This document shows positions 49,254-59,926 of a DNA stretch of 64,000 nt, in pieces. The position numbers and the translations under genes are program-made. Position 1 is the stretch's first letter; each line of letters starts with the position of its first letter. This stretch comes from an uncultured Pseudomonadales bacterium (GTDB lineage Bacteria > Patescibacteriota > Microgenomatia > UBA1400 > PJMF01). Below the pieces are notes generated by a model, which made no database searches, had not been told where the DNA came from, and saw only the letters and a list, made by a program, of their open reading frames with translations. The stretch is taken from contig CAZUHV010000001.1 of the NCBI GenBank assembly GCA_964620965.1, positions 329,718 to 393,717 of the forward strand, written 5' to 3'.

Positions 49254-50453
49254 TTACTGTAAATAAAAATCAACACTTCTTTGCATCGCTTGAGTAAATG
49301 CTGAACCAGTTAAATTATGTCCCCCGTTTGGATATTCAAAAAGCTCATGAGGCACTTGTGTTTTATCCAGAACACTCATTAAGTTTCTGCTATACCCGAT
49401 ATCTACTACAGTGTCATCGACAGCATGATGTACCTGGACAGCTCCAGCTACACCATCTAAATAGTTTGTTGCAGGCACTTGTTGCCAAAACCAAGAATCA
49501 GAGCTATATCTTCCATACAGTTCAAACAACTCATCCCGTTTTCTTTGACGTTCTGTATTTTCTCCTGGTGGTCTATAGCTATTGTCATCAATCCCAAACT
49601 CTGCAAAATCATCATAGGTGTACACAGCTCCTGCCCAAATTACCACTTTTGGAATATTTGGTTTAACTGCAAGTGCTCTAAATACAACATTCCCTGCCAT
49701 AGAATGTCCCCAAAGTCCTATTTTTGAAGAATCAACCTCTGACATATTTTCTAGTGCTGAATAGGCATTCAATACATCAACTACATAGTCTCCAGAATAA
49801 TATGCTCCACTTGCCTCTCCTTCTGATTCATCATGTCCACGTAAATCAATCTTAAAAACTACAAATCCACGACGAGCAAAATAATCAACATAGCTGGCAT
49901 AGTTTTGTTCGGTTCTATAAAGGGTCGGTGGAATATATCCGTGAACAAACACTATCGCAGGATACCCATTTTCTGGTTTTTGGGTCGTTGGAATTGTTAG
50001 TAAACCATTTATCTGTAAACCATCAGAGTCATAACTTGTGAGAAAACTTTCATAATTATTTTGAGAGTTATATTTTGTGAGCTCACCAATCTGACTTTCA
50101 TATGCCCTCTTTTTTAAATACGATATAGTGAGTTCTTGAAACGGAAAAGGGGTAGCAGAAGCAAATGAATCTGCTACTTCGGATCTGTCGGCGCTTTCAT
50201 GAGACTTAGAAAAAACAAATTCTTCTAAAATACTCGCTTCATCTGAAACAACAGTTCTTTTTTGATACACAACTCTAATAAAAATTCCAATTAAAAACGC
50301 ACAAAGTAACGAGAGACTGATCAAAAAAACAATTTTCTGTTTTTTCGAAATTCCTTCGTTTAGTTCTGTTTGAATTTTTTCTGAAAAATCGTTCTCTAAA
50401 ACTGACTCAGTATTTTGGTTTTTTTGCTGATTGGTCAGATTAATCTGTTGCAC
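49254..50453 (-). CDS. Alpha/beta-hydrolase fold protein with N-terminal TM anchor (S9 peptidase / dienelactone hydrolase-like)
   Basis: GxSxG nucleophile elbow GLWGHSMAGN, catalytic Asp/His region (HHAVDDTVV ... NGGHNL), N-terminal TM helix. Confidence 0.7.
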   Translation of the reverse strand: MQQINLTNQQKNQNTESVLENDFSEKIQTELNEGISKKQKIVFLISLSLLCAFLIGIFIRVVYQKRTVVSDEASILEEFVFSKSHESADRSEVADSFASATPFPFQELTISYLKKRAYESQIGELTKYNSQNNYESFLTSYDSDGLQINGLLTIPTTQKPENGYPAIVFVHGYIPPTLYRTEQNYASYVDYFARRGFVVFKIDLRGHDESEGEASGAYYSGDYVVDVLNAYSALENMSEVDSSKIGLWGHSMAGNVVFRALAVKPNIPKVVIWAGAVYTYDDFAEFGIDDNSYRPPGENTERQRKRDELFELYGRYSSDSWFWQQVPATNYLDGVAGAVQVHHAVDDTVVDIGYSRNLMSVLDKTQVPHELFEYPNGGHNLTGSAFTQAMQRSVDFYLQ

Positions 50454-50493
50454 TAAAATAGTATAACAAAAAATTTCATGTTACAGTTAATTA

Positions 50494-51750
50494 ATGCAAA
50501 AAATTTTTACTTGGTTTATAACTTGGCGTTTACTACTCTTTATTCCAGTATTCTTAGGAATTTTATTTTTACCGTTTAGAGAGAATTCGCAATTTACTAC
50601 CCTCTGGCAGTACACAGAAAAACATCCGATTATTGAAAACGAACTCGTATCTACATGGTCTAACTTCGATGGAGTTCATTATATTGCTATTGCTTCAAGA
50701 TGGTACAAAGACGAAGGTCGATTTTTACCCCTGTTTCCTGTTGCAGTTGGAGTTGTTGCAGCACCACTTTCCCTAATTTGGCCGATAGTTCCCTATGGAC
50801 CAGCTACATTTTGGGCTGGTCTTTTTGTAAGTACAATTGCTTGTTTACTTGCACTCTATTTTTTGCAAAAACTGCTACTTTTGGATTTTAACAAAAAGAT
50901 AGCTCAAAAAACATTATTTTTCTTACTGATTTTTCCAACTGCATTTTTCTTTGGAGCAATTTATTCTGAAGGGTTATTTTTGCTTTTAAGCGTGTTAGCT
51001 TTATATTTTGCACGCAAAAAACAGTGGTTTTTTGCTTGTCTTGCTGGAATGTTCTTGAGCATAACAAGGCTATCTGGAGTTTTAATTATCTTCCCTTTAC
51101 TAGTTGAATACTATATTTCGGAAATAAAATCTAAAAATGAAGTTAGTGCATTTTTTACAAAAACAAAGTTGTTTTTATTACAACTTTTTGGCAAAAAACA
51201 ATCATTTTTACTAAAAAAACATACAAAATTACTCTATTTTTTACTTATTCCACTATTATTATTTATTTATAGCTATTTTAATTACATAAAATGGGGTGAT
51301 TTTTTATATTTTGTGCATGCACATGGAGCATTAGGCAATAGTAGAGAAACCGGAATTATCGTATTTCCACTTATCACTGTTTATAGATACATCAAAATTC
51401 TCTTTACTGTTTCTCCAGGTATTTACGAATTTTGGGTTGCACTTTTAGAATTTGGCTCATTGCTTTTTGCAGTTTGGGGAGTTTTTATTGCTTGGAAACA
51501 AAAAATTCGCTTGAGTTACCAACTCTATGCTTGGGTGATGATTGCTCTACCACTTTTATCTGGAACGCTCTCTGGATTTCCAAGATATATATTGCCTATT
51601 TTTCCATTTTTCTTGGCACAAGTATTGTGGTTTGAAAAACAAGAAAAAACAAAACTTGGAATAATTTTTTTTTGGGTTATTTGTAGTTTATTTATTGTCC
51701 TGCAAGGGCTACTTTTAGCACTTTTTGCTAGAGGGTATTATGTTTCGTAG
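50494..51750 (+). CDS. Polytopic membrane protein, possible GT-C / mannosyltransferase-like (DUF2029-like)
   Basis: 418 aa with at least 10 hydrophobic helices and conserved-looking loop FDGVHYIAIASRWYKDEGRFLPLFP; assignment tentative. Confidence 0.4.
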   Translation: MQKIFTWFITWRLLLFIPVFLGILFLPFRENSQFTTLWQYTEKHPIIENELVSTWSNFDGVHYIAIASRWYKDEGRFLPLFPVAVGVVAAPLSLIWPIVPYGPATFWAGLFVSTIACLLALYFLQKLLLLDFNKKIAQKTLFFLLIFPTAFFFGAIYSEGLFLLLSVLALYFARKKQWFFACLAGMFLSITRLSGVLIIFPLLVEYYISEIKSKNEVSAFFTKTKLFLLQLFGKKQSFLLKKHTKLLYFLLIPLLLFIYSYFNYIKWGDFLYFVHAHGALGNSRETGIIVFPLITVYRYIKILFTVSPGIYEFWVALLEFGSLLFAVWGVFIAWKQKIRLSYQLYAWVMIALPLLSGTLSGFPRYILPIFPFFLAQVLWFEKQEKTKLGIIFFWVICSLFIVLQGLLLALFARGYYVS

Positions 51751-51785
51751 ATTCGTAAAAATAAAAAATCGTTTATACTACAAAT

Positions 51786-52760
51786 GTGATTTTACCACTA
51801 CTAATTGAAACCACTGAACGTGCTCAGAATCCTGAAACTGGTCAAAATTTTAAAGAATTTCCTATTCCCGAATTGCCAGAATCTGTTGTGCAACCAATTC
51901 GAGAAAAAAATGCACTGATTTTAGAAAAATTTAAGCAAGATAAAAGGGAAATCCCACAAGTTGTTATCATTTTAGAGAGATCCGCAGTACTACCATCATT
52001 AAGTATTACAAAAAAAATTACAGAAAGTTTTCCAAATACTACAATACTTAGAGTACCTATTGGAAAAGTCCTCCCTGTTATGTTTGCAGAAGCAAAAATG
52101 CTAGAAGATGATGAATTTGACGAAGACGATCTAGATTTGAATAACCCAACACAAGCTGCGGAATTCATTGTTTGGCTTAAAAATACTTCCGATCCCACAA
52201 TTCAAAAACTACTTCAGGAACTTACACAACTGCAACTAAGAAATAAAAATATTCTTGTTCTTGATGATGCAGTTTCATCTGGAGAAACTATTAAATTAAC
52301 ATTGCCATCACTACTCAGAGCTGTTTATACGAGAACAATTGACTTTGAATCAGAAGCTTTTTTCTCTGCAAATTTTTCTTGGGAAAAAACTATAGTAGAA
52401 AGCTTTGGACTAGATCTTACAACAGCTGAAAAAAAACTTATCGCAACATTGATAAAAGGGACAATTGATATTAGGAGATTTAAAATAGAACTAGAATCTG
52501 GATTTTATGATATTCCAACAGGAGAACAGGAACAAATTGAAACATTTATAAATGATAACTATGAAGCAGGAAATGTAATTGTGGAGCTGGATTCTGATTT
52601 ATCAATCAAAATTGCAGGATATCAAGCTTTGTTTAAAACAAATGCATTAGGTACAGAAAAAGAAACACAAAATCCCGCTGACAGGTTACTGTCTGAATTT
52701 GGAATACATAATTTAACAAAAATTACTAAAGAAATTTCAGAAAAATTTTTAAATATTTAA
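51786..52760 (+). CDS. Phosphoribosyltransferase-domain protein
   Basis: PRPP-binding motif ILVLDDAVSSGETI (hydrophobic-hydrophobic-D-D-hydrophobic-x-S/T-G-x-T) at residues about 158-171; 324 aa. Confidence 0.5.
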   Translation: MILPLLIETTERAQNPETGQNFKEFPIPELPESVVQPIREKNALILEKFKQDKREIPQVVIILERSAVLPSLSITKKITESFPNTTILRVPIGKVLPVMFAEAKMLEDDEFDEDDLDLNNPTQAAEFIVWLKNTSDPTIQKLLQELTQLQLRNKNILVLDDAVSSGETIKLTLPSLLRAVYTRTIDFESEAFFSANFSWEKTIVESFGLDLTTAEKKLIATLIKGTIDIRRFKIELESGFYDIPTGEQEQIETFINDNYEAGNVIVELDSDLSIKIAGYQALFKTNALGTEKETQNPADRLLSEFGIHNLTKITKEISEKFLNI

Positions 52761-52782
52761 AAAAAATTTGAGTTATGGTTTT

Positions 52783-52816
52783 GAAACGGACGGGCTGGCT
52801 AGAACGCGTCCGTTTC
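52783..52816. terminator. Bidirectional terminator-like hairpin between convergent genes
   Basis: Perfect 10-bp inverted repeat GAAACGGACG ... CGTCCGTTTC with 14-nt loop; about 23 nt after the plus-strand gene stop and about 36 nt after the minus-strand gene stop. U-tract is weak. Confidence 0.5.
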
Positions 52817-52851
52817 TGTTGAGAACAATATTGACTTAGACTTGAAACGAA

Positions 52852-53880
52852 TTATTGAGTGACCACCCGCGGCATTGGCGGGCAATTACCCGGATCAATC
52901 GGGGTAAACTGTGAAAAATCGTTTCCTCCCGAATTACCGGGATCTGGCAGGCCACCAGGAGTGGCAGGAGGTTTAACTCCAGTGAGGATGGTGCTCAGGT
53001 GCGCGCCACCGGTGTTAACGATGGCTGCGATGCCTTGATACACCCTGCCTGTTGTAGTGACGATCTGTTGAGCGGCAAAAAAGATCAAGATTGCGCCGTC
53101 CTCTCTCTGACCACACCAGTCGGGTTTTGGCCCACCGGTTTCAGTGGCAAGCCAAGAGGTCATAACCGCAACCCACCCAAGCATTTTCAACTTAGATGTG
53201 TAAGGACCACGGTCATGGTTTTGGAGGTGAGGGGGAGGTGCCGGAATGCTGGGCGGAACCACAACATCCGGGAGGAGGTTGGGGTTGCGGGCCATAAGCA
53301 CCCGCGGCATCTGCGACAAAGCATAGCCGGTTGTCAGAACCAACGCTCCAGAAACGAAAATGTAAAGCACCGACCCAATGTCGGCAGGTCCTGGTTCAGG
53401 ACCATCAAGCAAAGCAATGCCACCTGCCGGAACAAAAACGGCGGCCATCATAGACATGTCTGCTCCTTCACCAGGACAGACAAACGCTATTCCTTCTTCA
53501 GTAAGATATACCTGTTCCTCGGGGCACTCAACGTACCCCTGTGTCTGTTGGCGATACACAATCTCCTCGTAAGATGGACCGGAGTAGCTCCGATAGATCT
53601 CACTACCTGGTGCGGCCGGAGCAGGCACCGGAGTGATAATCAACTCAGAGTCTTCAGGCAAAAAATCAGGCCGGGGAGTGCTAGTCCCCGTAGGAAAATT
53701 CTGATCCACGCTCACGGGAGAGGTAGAAGATGAGCTTTCAGGAACAACAGGTTCCGGATGGGTTTCAACCACTGGACTGGAATTCTGAGAAACTTCCATC
53801 GGGACGCAACCAACAAGTAAGCCCAACACTACCAGAATGGTAAGGGGCTTGTACAAACGCTTGAACAATCGGGTTAACAT
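52852..53880 (-). CDS. Secreted Pro/Gly-rich lipoprotein, function unknown; strongly GC-rich gene
   Basis: Signal peptide with lipobox (ILVVLGLLVGC). 342 aa rich in P/G/T. Nucleotide composition visibly much higher GC than every neighbour. Confidence 0.65.
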   Translation of the reverse strand: MLTRLFKRLYKPLTILVVLGLLVGCVPMEVSQNSSPVVETHPEPVVPESSSSTSPVSVDQNFPTGTSTPRPDFLPEDSELIITPVPAPAAPGSEIYRSYSGPSYEEIVYRQQTQGYVECPEEQVYLTEEGIAFVCPGEGADMSMMAAVFVPAGGIALLDGPEPGPADIGSVLYIFVSGALVLTTGYALSQMPRVLMARNPNLLPDVVVPPSIPAPPPHLQNHDRGPYTSKLKMLGWVAVMTSWLATETGGPKPDWCGQREDGAILIFFAAQQIVTTTGRVYQGIAAIVNTGGAHLSTILTGVKPPATPGGLPDPGNSGGNDFSQFTPIDPGNCPPMPRVVTQ

Positions 53881-54223
53881 GAGTCACCTTTTTCTGGCAG
53901 CCAGCCTGCATATCTTCATACATATGCAAAAACATGCAGGCTGGCACCAAAAAGTAATTAGCTTCTCAAGTCAATATTATTTTATTAATGTGCTGAACAG
54001 TTATTTATTTATAACTATTCCTAACCATTTTTTTGTAAAGTCGCTTCAAAATCGCAAAGATTCTTTAGCAAGAATTTACAAAGTAATTCTACCAAAAAAC
54101 AATCTCTTTGTCAAGTATTATAGGACTATATCGTAGTGTGTCAAAATATCAATCAAATAAAAAAAACTGGGATTAAATCCCAGCTAAAAGGAACATATAT
54201 CTTCTGTAAACAAGTGATTGTTA

Positions 54224-55504
54224 TCACATTTTTGAAACACTTTTATAGAGTACTAATGTATATTCCTCTCCATCATCATTGTCTTTTATTCTGTAGTCCA
54301 TATCTGGATGTTTTGTTTTCATATACTCAAGACTGGCAATCAATGTTTCATCTACTTTATAGTAGTAATTCAAGGGAAAAATATAAGCTGTTCCATTATC
54401 TTTAAGAACTCTGTGTACTTCATCCCAAAGTACTTCGAATCCTTCCTCATCTAACTGAGCAAACATATGGGCAGAGATCGACCAAGAAGCAACAAGTCTA
54501 TCAAAAGATTCACTTTTGAAAGGTAGCTGGGGGAAAACTGCTTCTACGACATTTGATTTTTCTGTGTGTTTTTGTAATCTTATTGATTCAACCCAGCTTC
54601 GAGTCTCATTTGCAATTGTTTTTTTTCTCTGGTCTTTGGGAAGGTGTGCTAGTTTTCGCGCTAAAGCATCTACTTTTGGCTTAATAATATTATTCCAATC
54701 AGGAATATCTGTAAAACCTCTTTCTCCTTTTACGCAAACATACCAAGCATCTTTTTTAAAATCACTTAACTCATCCCCATTGTTTTGTTGATCACTTTCT
54801 TTTTTCTTTTTATTGCTGTTTTCAATATGCTCTTTTGCAGCCGCCCATGCTCGAGCAGCAGTGGCATACTCAGCATCAGATTTAGCTATTTGGGATAACT
54901 GATTTGCTTTTTGAACTAATTCATAGAACTCTGCTAACCATTGAGCGTTTTCTTCCGTATAGGATCTTAATGCCTCAGGAGCTGTCATCGAAAAAAGTTT
55001 ACTCGATAAACTAACCCCATTTTCAGATATGAATTCTCTAAAAGTTTTATTATCCCTTACAAAAGAAGCTACTTCACCATACTCATAATCTATTATTGTT
55101 AAATTACTCCCATGAGATTCATCTAATTCTATTCCCATTTTCTGCCAAGGGTCACCAACATATAGTATTTTACTATCTACAGGGAACATGTCTTCGGCAG
55201 GAATTCCCGTTTCTTGTTCTATATCAGCGGGCGTTCTTCCTGTTAGAGCTTTATCGTTTGCGTCCGTCTTATAAATTTGTCCAGCTATCTCTTGAGCTTT
55301 TTCGCCATTATGTCTTTCAAAACCTTGACCTTTGAATGTTTTTTCCAAATGGGTGTTTACCCTACTGCGACCTTTTGCTTTTTTGCCTTCTGAAGGTGGA
55401 AGATAATGGTCTAACATTTCTTCAAAACTTAGAAAATCTTCAGAATCATTGTGCTCTATAGACATAATGTTATGATAAACTATCGATTTGAAAACTACTA
55501 CCAC
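54224..55504 (-). CDS. Protein with C-terminal class I SAM-dependent methyltransferase-like domain; N-terminal region unknown
   Basis: 426 aa; C-terminal FDRLVASWSISAHMF...VHRVLKDNGTAYIF resembles the methyltransferase type 11 core. Confidence 0.4.
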   Translation of the reverse strand: MVVVFKSIVYHNIMSIEHNDSEDFLSFEEMLDHYLPPSEGKKAKGRSRVNTHLEKTFKGQGFERHNGEKAQEIAGQIYKTDANDKALTGRTPADIEQETGIPAEDMFPVDSKILYVGDPWQKMGIELDESHGSNLTIIDYEYGEVASFVRDNKTFREFISENGVSLSSKLFSMTAPEALRSYTEENAQWLAEFYELVQKANQLSQIAKSDAEYATAARAWAAAKEHIENSNKKKKESDQQNNGDELSDFKKDAWYVCVKGERGFTDIPDWNNIIKPKVDALARKLAHLPKDQRKKTIANETRSWVESIRLQKHTEKSNVVEAVFPQLPFKSESFDRLVASWSISAHMFAQLDEEGFEVLWDEVHRVLKDNGTAYIFPLNYYYKVDETLIASLEYMKTKHPDMDYRIKDNDDGEEYTLVLYKSVSKM

Positions 55505-55971
55505 CCAAACTCACTATACATTTGTCCCTTTTTGATTCCCTCAAGTGCAAACCGTATATATGGTATCGTATTTTCTGGTAAATTCTCAAAACTAAACCAA
55601 GAAAGCTCATCACATTTGTCTGGCTCACAATTAAAAACCTCACCAGTCCAATTACGAACAACAAAAAAAACGTCTACCCTCTCGGAACCATCACTATCAG
55701 ATTTTCGATGCATGATATGTCCAACCTCAGCACTTTCAGGCAAAATTTTTAGGCCAGATTCCTCAGCTGCTTCTCGAAGCAATGCTTGAGTAAAATTTTC
55801 ACCTGCATCAACATGACCTGCCACAAGACTATACATCCCATCGTTATATCCTGTGTTAAAACGACGTAATAACAAAACCTCTTCTTTATCATTCACCAAA
55901 ACCAGATACGAAGCTGGAATATTCATGTGACGATTGATAGAATTTTTGCTCCAATTTTGCATATATCTCAA
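55498..55971 (-). CDS. NUDIX hydrolase
   Basis: Nudix box GHVDAGENFTQALLREAAEESGL, 157 aa. Confidence 0.85.
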   Translation of the reverse strand: MRYMQNWSKNSINRHMNIPASYLVLVNDKEEVLLLRRFNTGYNDGMYSLVAGHVDAGENFTQALLREAAEESGLKILPESAEVGHIMHRKSDSDGSERVDVFFVVRNWTGEVFNCEPDKCDELSWFSFENLPENTIPYIRFALEGIKKGQMYSEFGW

Positions 55972-56042
55972 ACAACTTTTAACCCTTAAAAATTGTCTTT
56001 TCTCTCTTCACCCCTTTAGAAAATCAAACCTCGTTTACATCC

Positions 56043-56372
56043 TTATTTCTTCTTTTTCAACTCTTTTTCTGCAGAAGCTTTAAAATCAATTTTTTCTAAA
56101 CCTAAACCTTTAAAGCCAAAGTATACAACTGCTGCAATTACAACAAAATCAATGAGCATTGAGACAAAATTTCCCCATTTAAGCTCTGCTCCACCAACAT
56201 GTAAACTATAGCTCGTTAGATTTCCAGCGGCCCCAAGAATAATTCCAAGTAAAGGATTAATAATATCTTCAACAAAAGAAGCTACTAACTTTGAGATTGC
56301 ACCACCTAAAATAAAACCCGTTGCCAGACCAACAACACCTTGTTTTCTAATAAATTGAACAAAATCTTTCAT
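56043..56372 (-). CDS. mscL: Large-conductance mechanosensitive channel
   Basis: MKDFVQFIRKQGVVGLATGFILGGAISKLVASFVEDIINPLLG, the canonical MscL N-terminus plus TM1; 109 aa. Confidence 0.9.
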   Translation of the reverse strand: MKDFVQFIRKQGVVGLATGFILGGAISKLVASFVEDIINPLLGIILGAAGNLTSYSLHVGGAELKWGNFVSMLIDFVVIAAVVYFGFKGLGLEKIDFKASAEKELKKKK

Positions 56373-56442
56373 ATAAAAACCTCTCTTAATTTTTTTGTAA
56401 TATCAGGCTATTATAGTATATAGGAAATAAAAAGAATTTTTT

Positions 56443-57810
56443 ATGAAAGTAGTTGAAACTGATCTTGATACAATTAGCACTCTATCCGAGACTGAAATAA
56501 ACCGTGAAGCATTCATTCTGCTCGAAAAAGTTAGTGATGTCTATGACAGCATAGACCTACATATAAACTTTATAAATCAAGATCCACACGTAGAACAAAA
56601 AAGAAAAAAATTTCTATCTAGAGCTGGGTACAAAGTAAAAACAGAAATTGGTCTTGTAGGAAGAAAAAAACAATCTCTACATGATTATTGGATTCGTTCC
56701 AATAACGAAAAAGAAATCTCTACACAAGAACAAACTCTTTTAGAGACAATTAGTCAAGACAAATTAGAAAAAAATCCAAGAATTGTTGCTGAGATTGTTA
56801 ACATACTCCTTGCAGCACAAAGACTAAATCTTAGTAACAGACACGTTAGTTCCACTGAAACAGAAATGGCACATATTGAAGAAGTAACAAGGAATTCCCA
56901 AGCTATATATCCTGACTTACCAATTTTACACCTTGCGGCAGCAGTTCATGATTCATATAAATTTAACCAAAAAGGAGGCTTTGAACTTGGTTTGCATGAA
57001 TTAACTAGTACTATAACAGGAACCGCTTTAGTAGAAAAAATACTTGAAAAGTACAAAAGAGATCTTAATTTAAACCCAAGAGAAATTAAACTGATAGTCA
57101 AACTGATTAAACGAGCAATTCTCACACATGGAACTGATGAATTCCCAGAAAGAGAATCAGACTACAAAAAAGGAGCTGTTGGAACTCTAAAAAATATTTG
57201 GATATATGCAAAAAATAAAAAAAGATCATGGATACTATTTGAGAAAAAACAAAATAAAGCAACAAAAACTATCGCTGCATTAAATTACCTCGATGCTTTA
57301 ACTGGAGCAACGGCAAATTCCTTTGTTAAATATAACAACCCTGCGACATATCCAAATGCAATACTTCTAGATAGTTATGCACCATATAGAGTAGGAATTA
57401 AAACGTTAGGTGCATTTTTTGAAAAATGTTTATTTAAAAGCTTTCAAGACAACTTAGAAATGAAATCGGGAAAACTACTAAGGAGTGAAAATAACCCTCA
57501 ACTTGATCAGAAAACTAGGGAAATTGTGTTTATTAAAACTGCTATTGAACTAACAGTTCATGGAAATCAAAAAAAGTTAGGACAACTCATAGGGGACCAG
57601 AATGCTCAATATTTAATACAAATTTGTAAAGCAACTGCTGGTGCATCTTTTAATAAATTACTAACAGCAGTTGAAAGAAAAAATAATCCAGATTTGGCAA
57701 CTAGAGAAAGATCTGAATTTGATAATTCTGTGAAAGTGCTCATTCAAGAGTGTCAGTCAGTTTGTGAACGGGTCCTAGACCAAAAAAAAGCTATCTTCGC
57801 CCAAAAATAA
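56443..57810 (+). CDS. Hypothetical protein (possible HD-like domain)
   Basis: 455 aa; HLAAAVHDSYK could be an HD motif; otherwise unrecognised. Confidence 0.35.
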   Translation: MKVVETDLDTISTLSETEINREAFILLEKVSDVYDSIDLHINFINQDPHVEQKRKKFLSRAGYKVKTEIGLVGRKKQSLHDYWIRSNNEKEISTQEQTLLETISQDKLEKNPRIVAEIVNILLAAQRLNLSNRHVSSTETEMAHIEEVTRNSQAIYPDLPILHLAAAVHDSYKFNQKGGFELGLHELTSTITGTALVEKILEKYKRDLNLNPREIKLIVKLIKRAILTHGTDEFPERESDYKKGAVGTLKNIWIYAKNKKRSWILFEKKQNKATKTIAALNYLDALTGATANSFVKYNNPATYPNAILLDSYAPYRVGIKTLGAFFEKCLFKSFQDNLEMKSGKLLRSENNPQLDQKTREIVFIKTAIELTVHGNQKKLGQLIGDQNAQYLIQICKATAGASFNKLLTAVERKNNPDLATRERSEFDNSVKVLIQECQSVCERVLDQKKAIFAQK

Positions 57811-59188
57811 TTACAAAAAATCCATTTTGGTTCCTCACACACGCATGTGTAAATTCTGTACTTAACTGTGCTTCTCTGTGCCCCGCTGTTGAAGAATCGA
57901 AACACCACTCTATAATCGCAGCTCCGGTTTGTGCAATAAAGCCATCACCTGTCGTCATGTTTCTGCAACTTTGATACGCAAGATTTTCTCCAATTTTCTC
58001 TCCATTAAAATCTTTTATTGGTTGTGGCAAATTATTTGGATCTTCCCAGTCTTTTCTAAACCCTTCGTGGTTATCAAGAGCTCCAAGTGCCACCAAGTCT
58101 TGCACTCTTTTCTCTGCATACTTACATAAATTTTCATCTAAGTTGAGTTTGTAAATGTTGTGAGATTGGCGATAGTTATTGAGTGCATCAAAAACTGATT
58201 CGTTTGCAATTGGCGGAAACGGTGCGTTTGTTTTTACCATTACCGTAGACTGAGTTGGTTGCGTATTTTGTGTTTGACTTACTGGACGTTTTGGAAGTTC
58301 TGTTCCCAAAACCTGCATTGTAACTCCCAATGTTTCGTTATATTTTGTTTTGATTATTTTAGTCGCAAAACCAACCTCCTTAAAATCACTATCAAATAGT
58401 GCACTCACTTGAGCTTCATTAGAAAACCAAGCGTCAATTACAGCATCCTCAAGTAAAGGACCAACAACCATGTTTTGGCTTACATGCTCGTAGTTATATC
58501 CTGCAGTATTAAGTGCTTTGATAAACTCATCTGTGAATGATCTATTTTCTAGTTCATATTCATACTTTTCTGCCTCTTGCAGTAACTCTGCTGCAGCTGA
58601 AGCAAGTCTGTCGCTATATAAAAATGGCTCCTTTTCTCTAATAACTCGCTCTGCATTTAGTTTTTCAAAAATAATTTTTGGATCTAAACTTGGTTCCTCG
58701 CCCTTTAATTGTGGAGGAACATACTCAAAGCTATAGTCTTCTTTATTTAAAACTCCTGCAGAATCTAGTAAACTCATAATTTCATCGGGAAGCTTTACAC
58801 GAGTTGTTTTTAAAAAATGTGGTAAAAGTTGTATATTCAACCCAAGAAAAAAACAAATAATAACGATCCTTGTGAAATATGGATTTGAAAGTAGTTTATT
58901 CTGCTGAATTTTTTGATGTAAATCACTAAAAAAATGTTTAATTGATTTTTTACCCAATACAGCAGTAGAAACTCTGTGAGTTACATCGTGTTTTTTACTT
59001 TTAAAGTGAAAATGTGAAAAAAATGAATAAAGTTTTCTTGGAATTTTTTTTAAAATTGTGAAAAAAGAAAAATCTTGAAATCTTCCAAAAATTGATTTAA
59101 AAATATGTCCCGTTTTCTGCCCAAAGCCATGAAAAAAACTCTGTTTCTTTCTAGATTTACTCAAGTGTTTTAAACTAATTTTCTTCAT
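57791..59188 (-). CDS. Membrane-anchored protein with C-terminal CAP (SCP/PR-1, YkwD-like) domain
   Basis: N-terminal TM helix. C-terminal YRQSHNIYKLNLDENLCKYAEKRVQDL...HEGF...GENLAY pattern of CAP-superfamily domains. Confidence 0.55.
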   Translation of the reverse strand: MKKISLKHLSKSRKKQSFFHGFGQKTGHIFKSIFGRFQDFSFFTILKKIPRKLYSFFSHFHFKSKKHDVTHRVSTAVLGKKSIKHFFSDLHQKIQQNKLLSNPYFTRIVIICFFLGLNIQLLPHFLKTTRVKLPDEIMSLLDSAGVLNKEDYSFEYVPPQLKGEEPSLDPKIIFEKLNAERVIREKEPFLYSDRLASAAAELLQEAEKYEYELENRSFTDEFIKALNTAGYNYEHVSQNMVVGPLLEDAVIDAWFSNEAQVSALFDSDFKEVGFATKIIKTKYNETLGVTMQVLGTELPKRPVSQTQNTQPTQSTVMVKTNAPFPPIANESVFDALNNYRQSHNIYKLNLDENLCKYAEKRVQDLVALGALDNHEGFRKDWEDPNNLPQPIKDFNGEKIGENLAYQSCRNMTTGDGFIAQTGAAIIEWCFDSSTAGHREAQLSTEFTHACVRNQNGFFVIIFGRR

Positions 59189-59762
59189 TAAAAATTCCAG
59201 ACTTTTCTAGTAACGGAATAACTACTTCCATTGGCAACCCATGACTAAATGCACTTAAAGAACCTGCAACAGCACGAACCATGTTGATACCTTCTGGGTA
59301 TGCAGGACAAAAACCAGCGGACCAAGTTAACACAGGGTTATTTTCTACATATTTTTTTATTTCATTTTCACTTAGTTCTCTAAAAATAAATGTTGTTTCT
59401 ACAGTTGTAGAAAATTCAATTCCGTTTTTTGGATCTAAATAAGCACAGCCAGAATAACAAAGACCTTGTTGGTTTGATTGCTCACGTAGCATTTGAACCG
59501 CTTGCTCTAAATTTTCTGGTTTTTCGTAAGATTTTCCATTAAAAAAAGTAAATGTGTCGCCAGAAATCACAATTGCTTCTGGATTTTGCTTTGAAACTTC
59601 CTGAGCTTTTGTGAGTGCAATTAACCGAGCTCGTTCCTTTTGTGAGGTTGCTGTAATATTCTTTTCATCTATATCACTTGGGATAACTTCGAATGGAATT
59701 TTTAAAGCTTCCATCAGTATTTTCCTTTGTTGTGAGCCACTTGCTAAAATAATTTTTTGCAT
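59175..59762 (-). CDS. maf: Maf-like nucleoside triphosphate pyrophosphatase / septum formation protein
   Basis: MQKIILASGSQQRKILMEAL...SGDT; Maf family, 195 aa. Confidence 0.85.
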   Translation of the reverse strand: MQKIILASGSQQRKILMEALKIPFEVIPSDIDEKNITATSQKERARLIALTKAQEVSKQNPEAIVISGDTFTFFNGKSYEKPENLEQAVQMLREQSNQQGLCYSGCAYLDPKNGIEFSTTVETTFIFRELSENEIKKYVENNPVLTWSAGFCPAYPEGINMVRAVAGSLSAFSHGLPMEVVIPLLEKSGIFNEEN

Positions 59763-59926
59763 ATTTTTTCTGAAATATATAATTTAATTTTCTAATTACT
59801 GTTACTTTGATTTCTCATTCTTGGCTGTGTTGCTTGGATTAAACCTTTTTTGGAGTATACTATATTGTAGCAACTATTTAAGTTCGTAACAGGCGCGAGT
59901 ATTTCTAACAATTAGAGGGAGGTGCC

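Noticed and set aside
52999-53733. 244-aa plus-strand ORF inside the GC-rich lipoprotein gene
   Set aside because: High-GC DNA depletes stop codons on all frames. The translation is Arg/Gly/Cys-rich nonsense, whereas the minus-strand frame has a clean signal peptide and lipobox.
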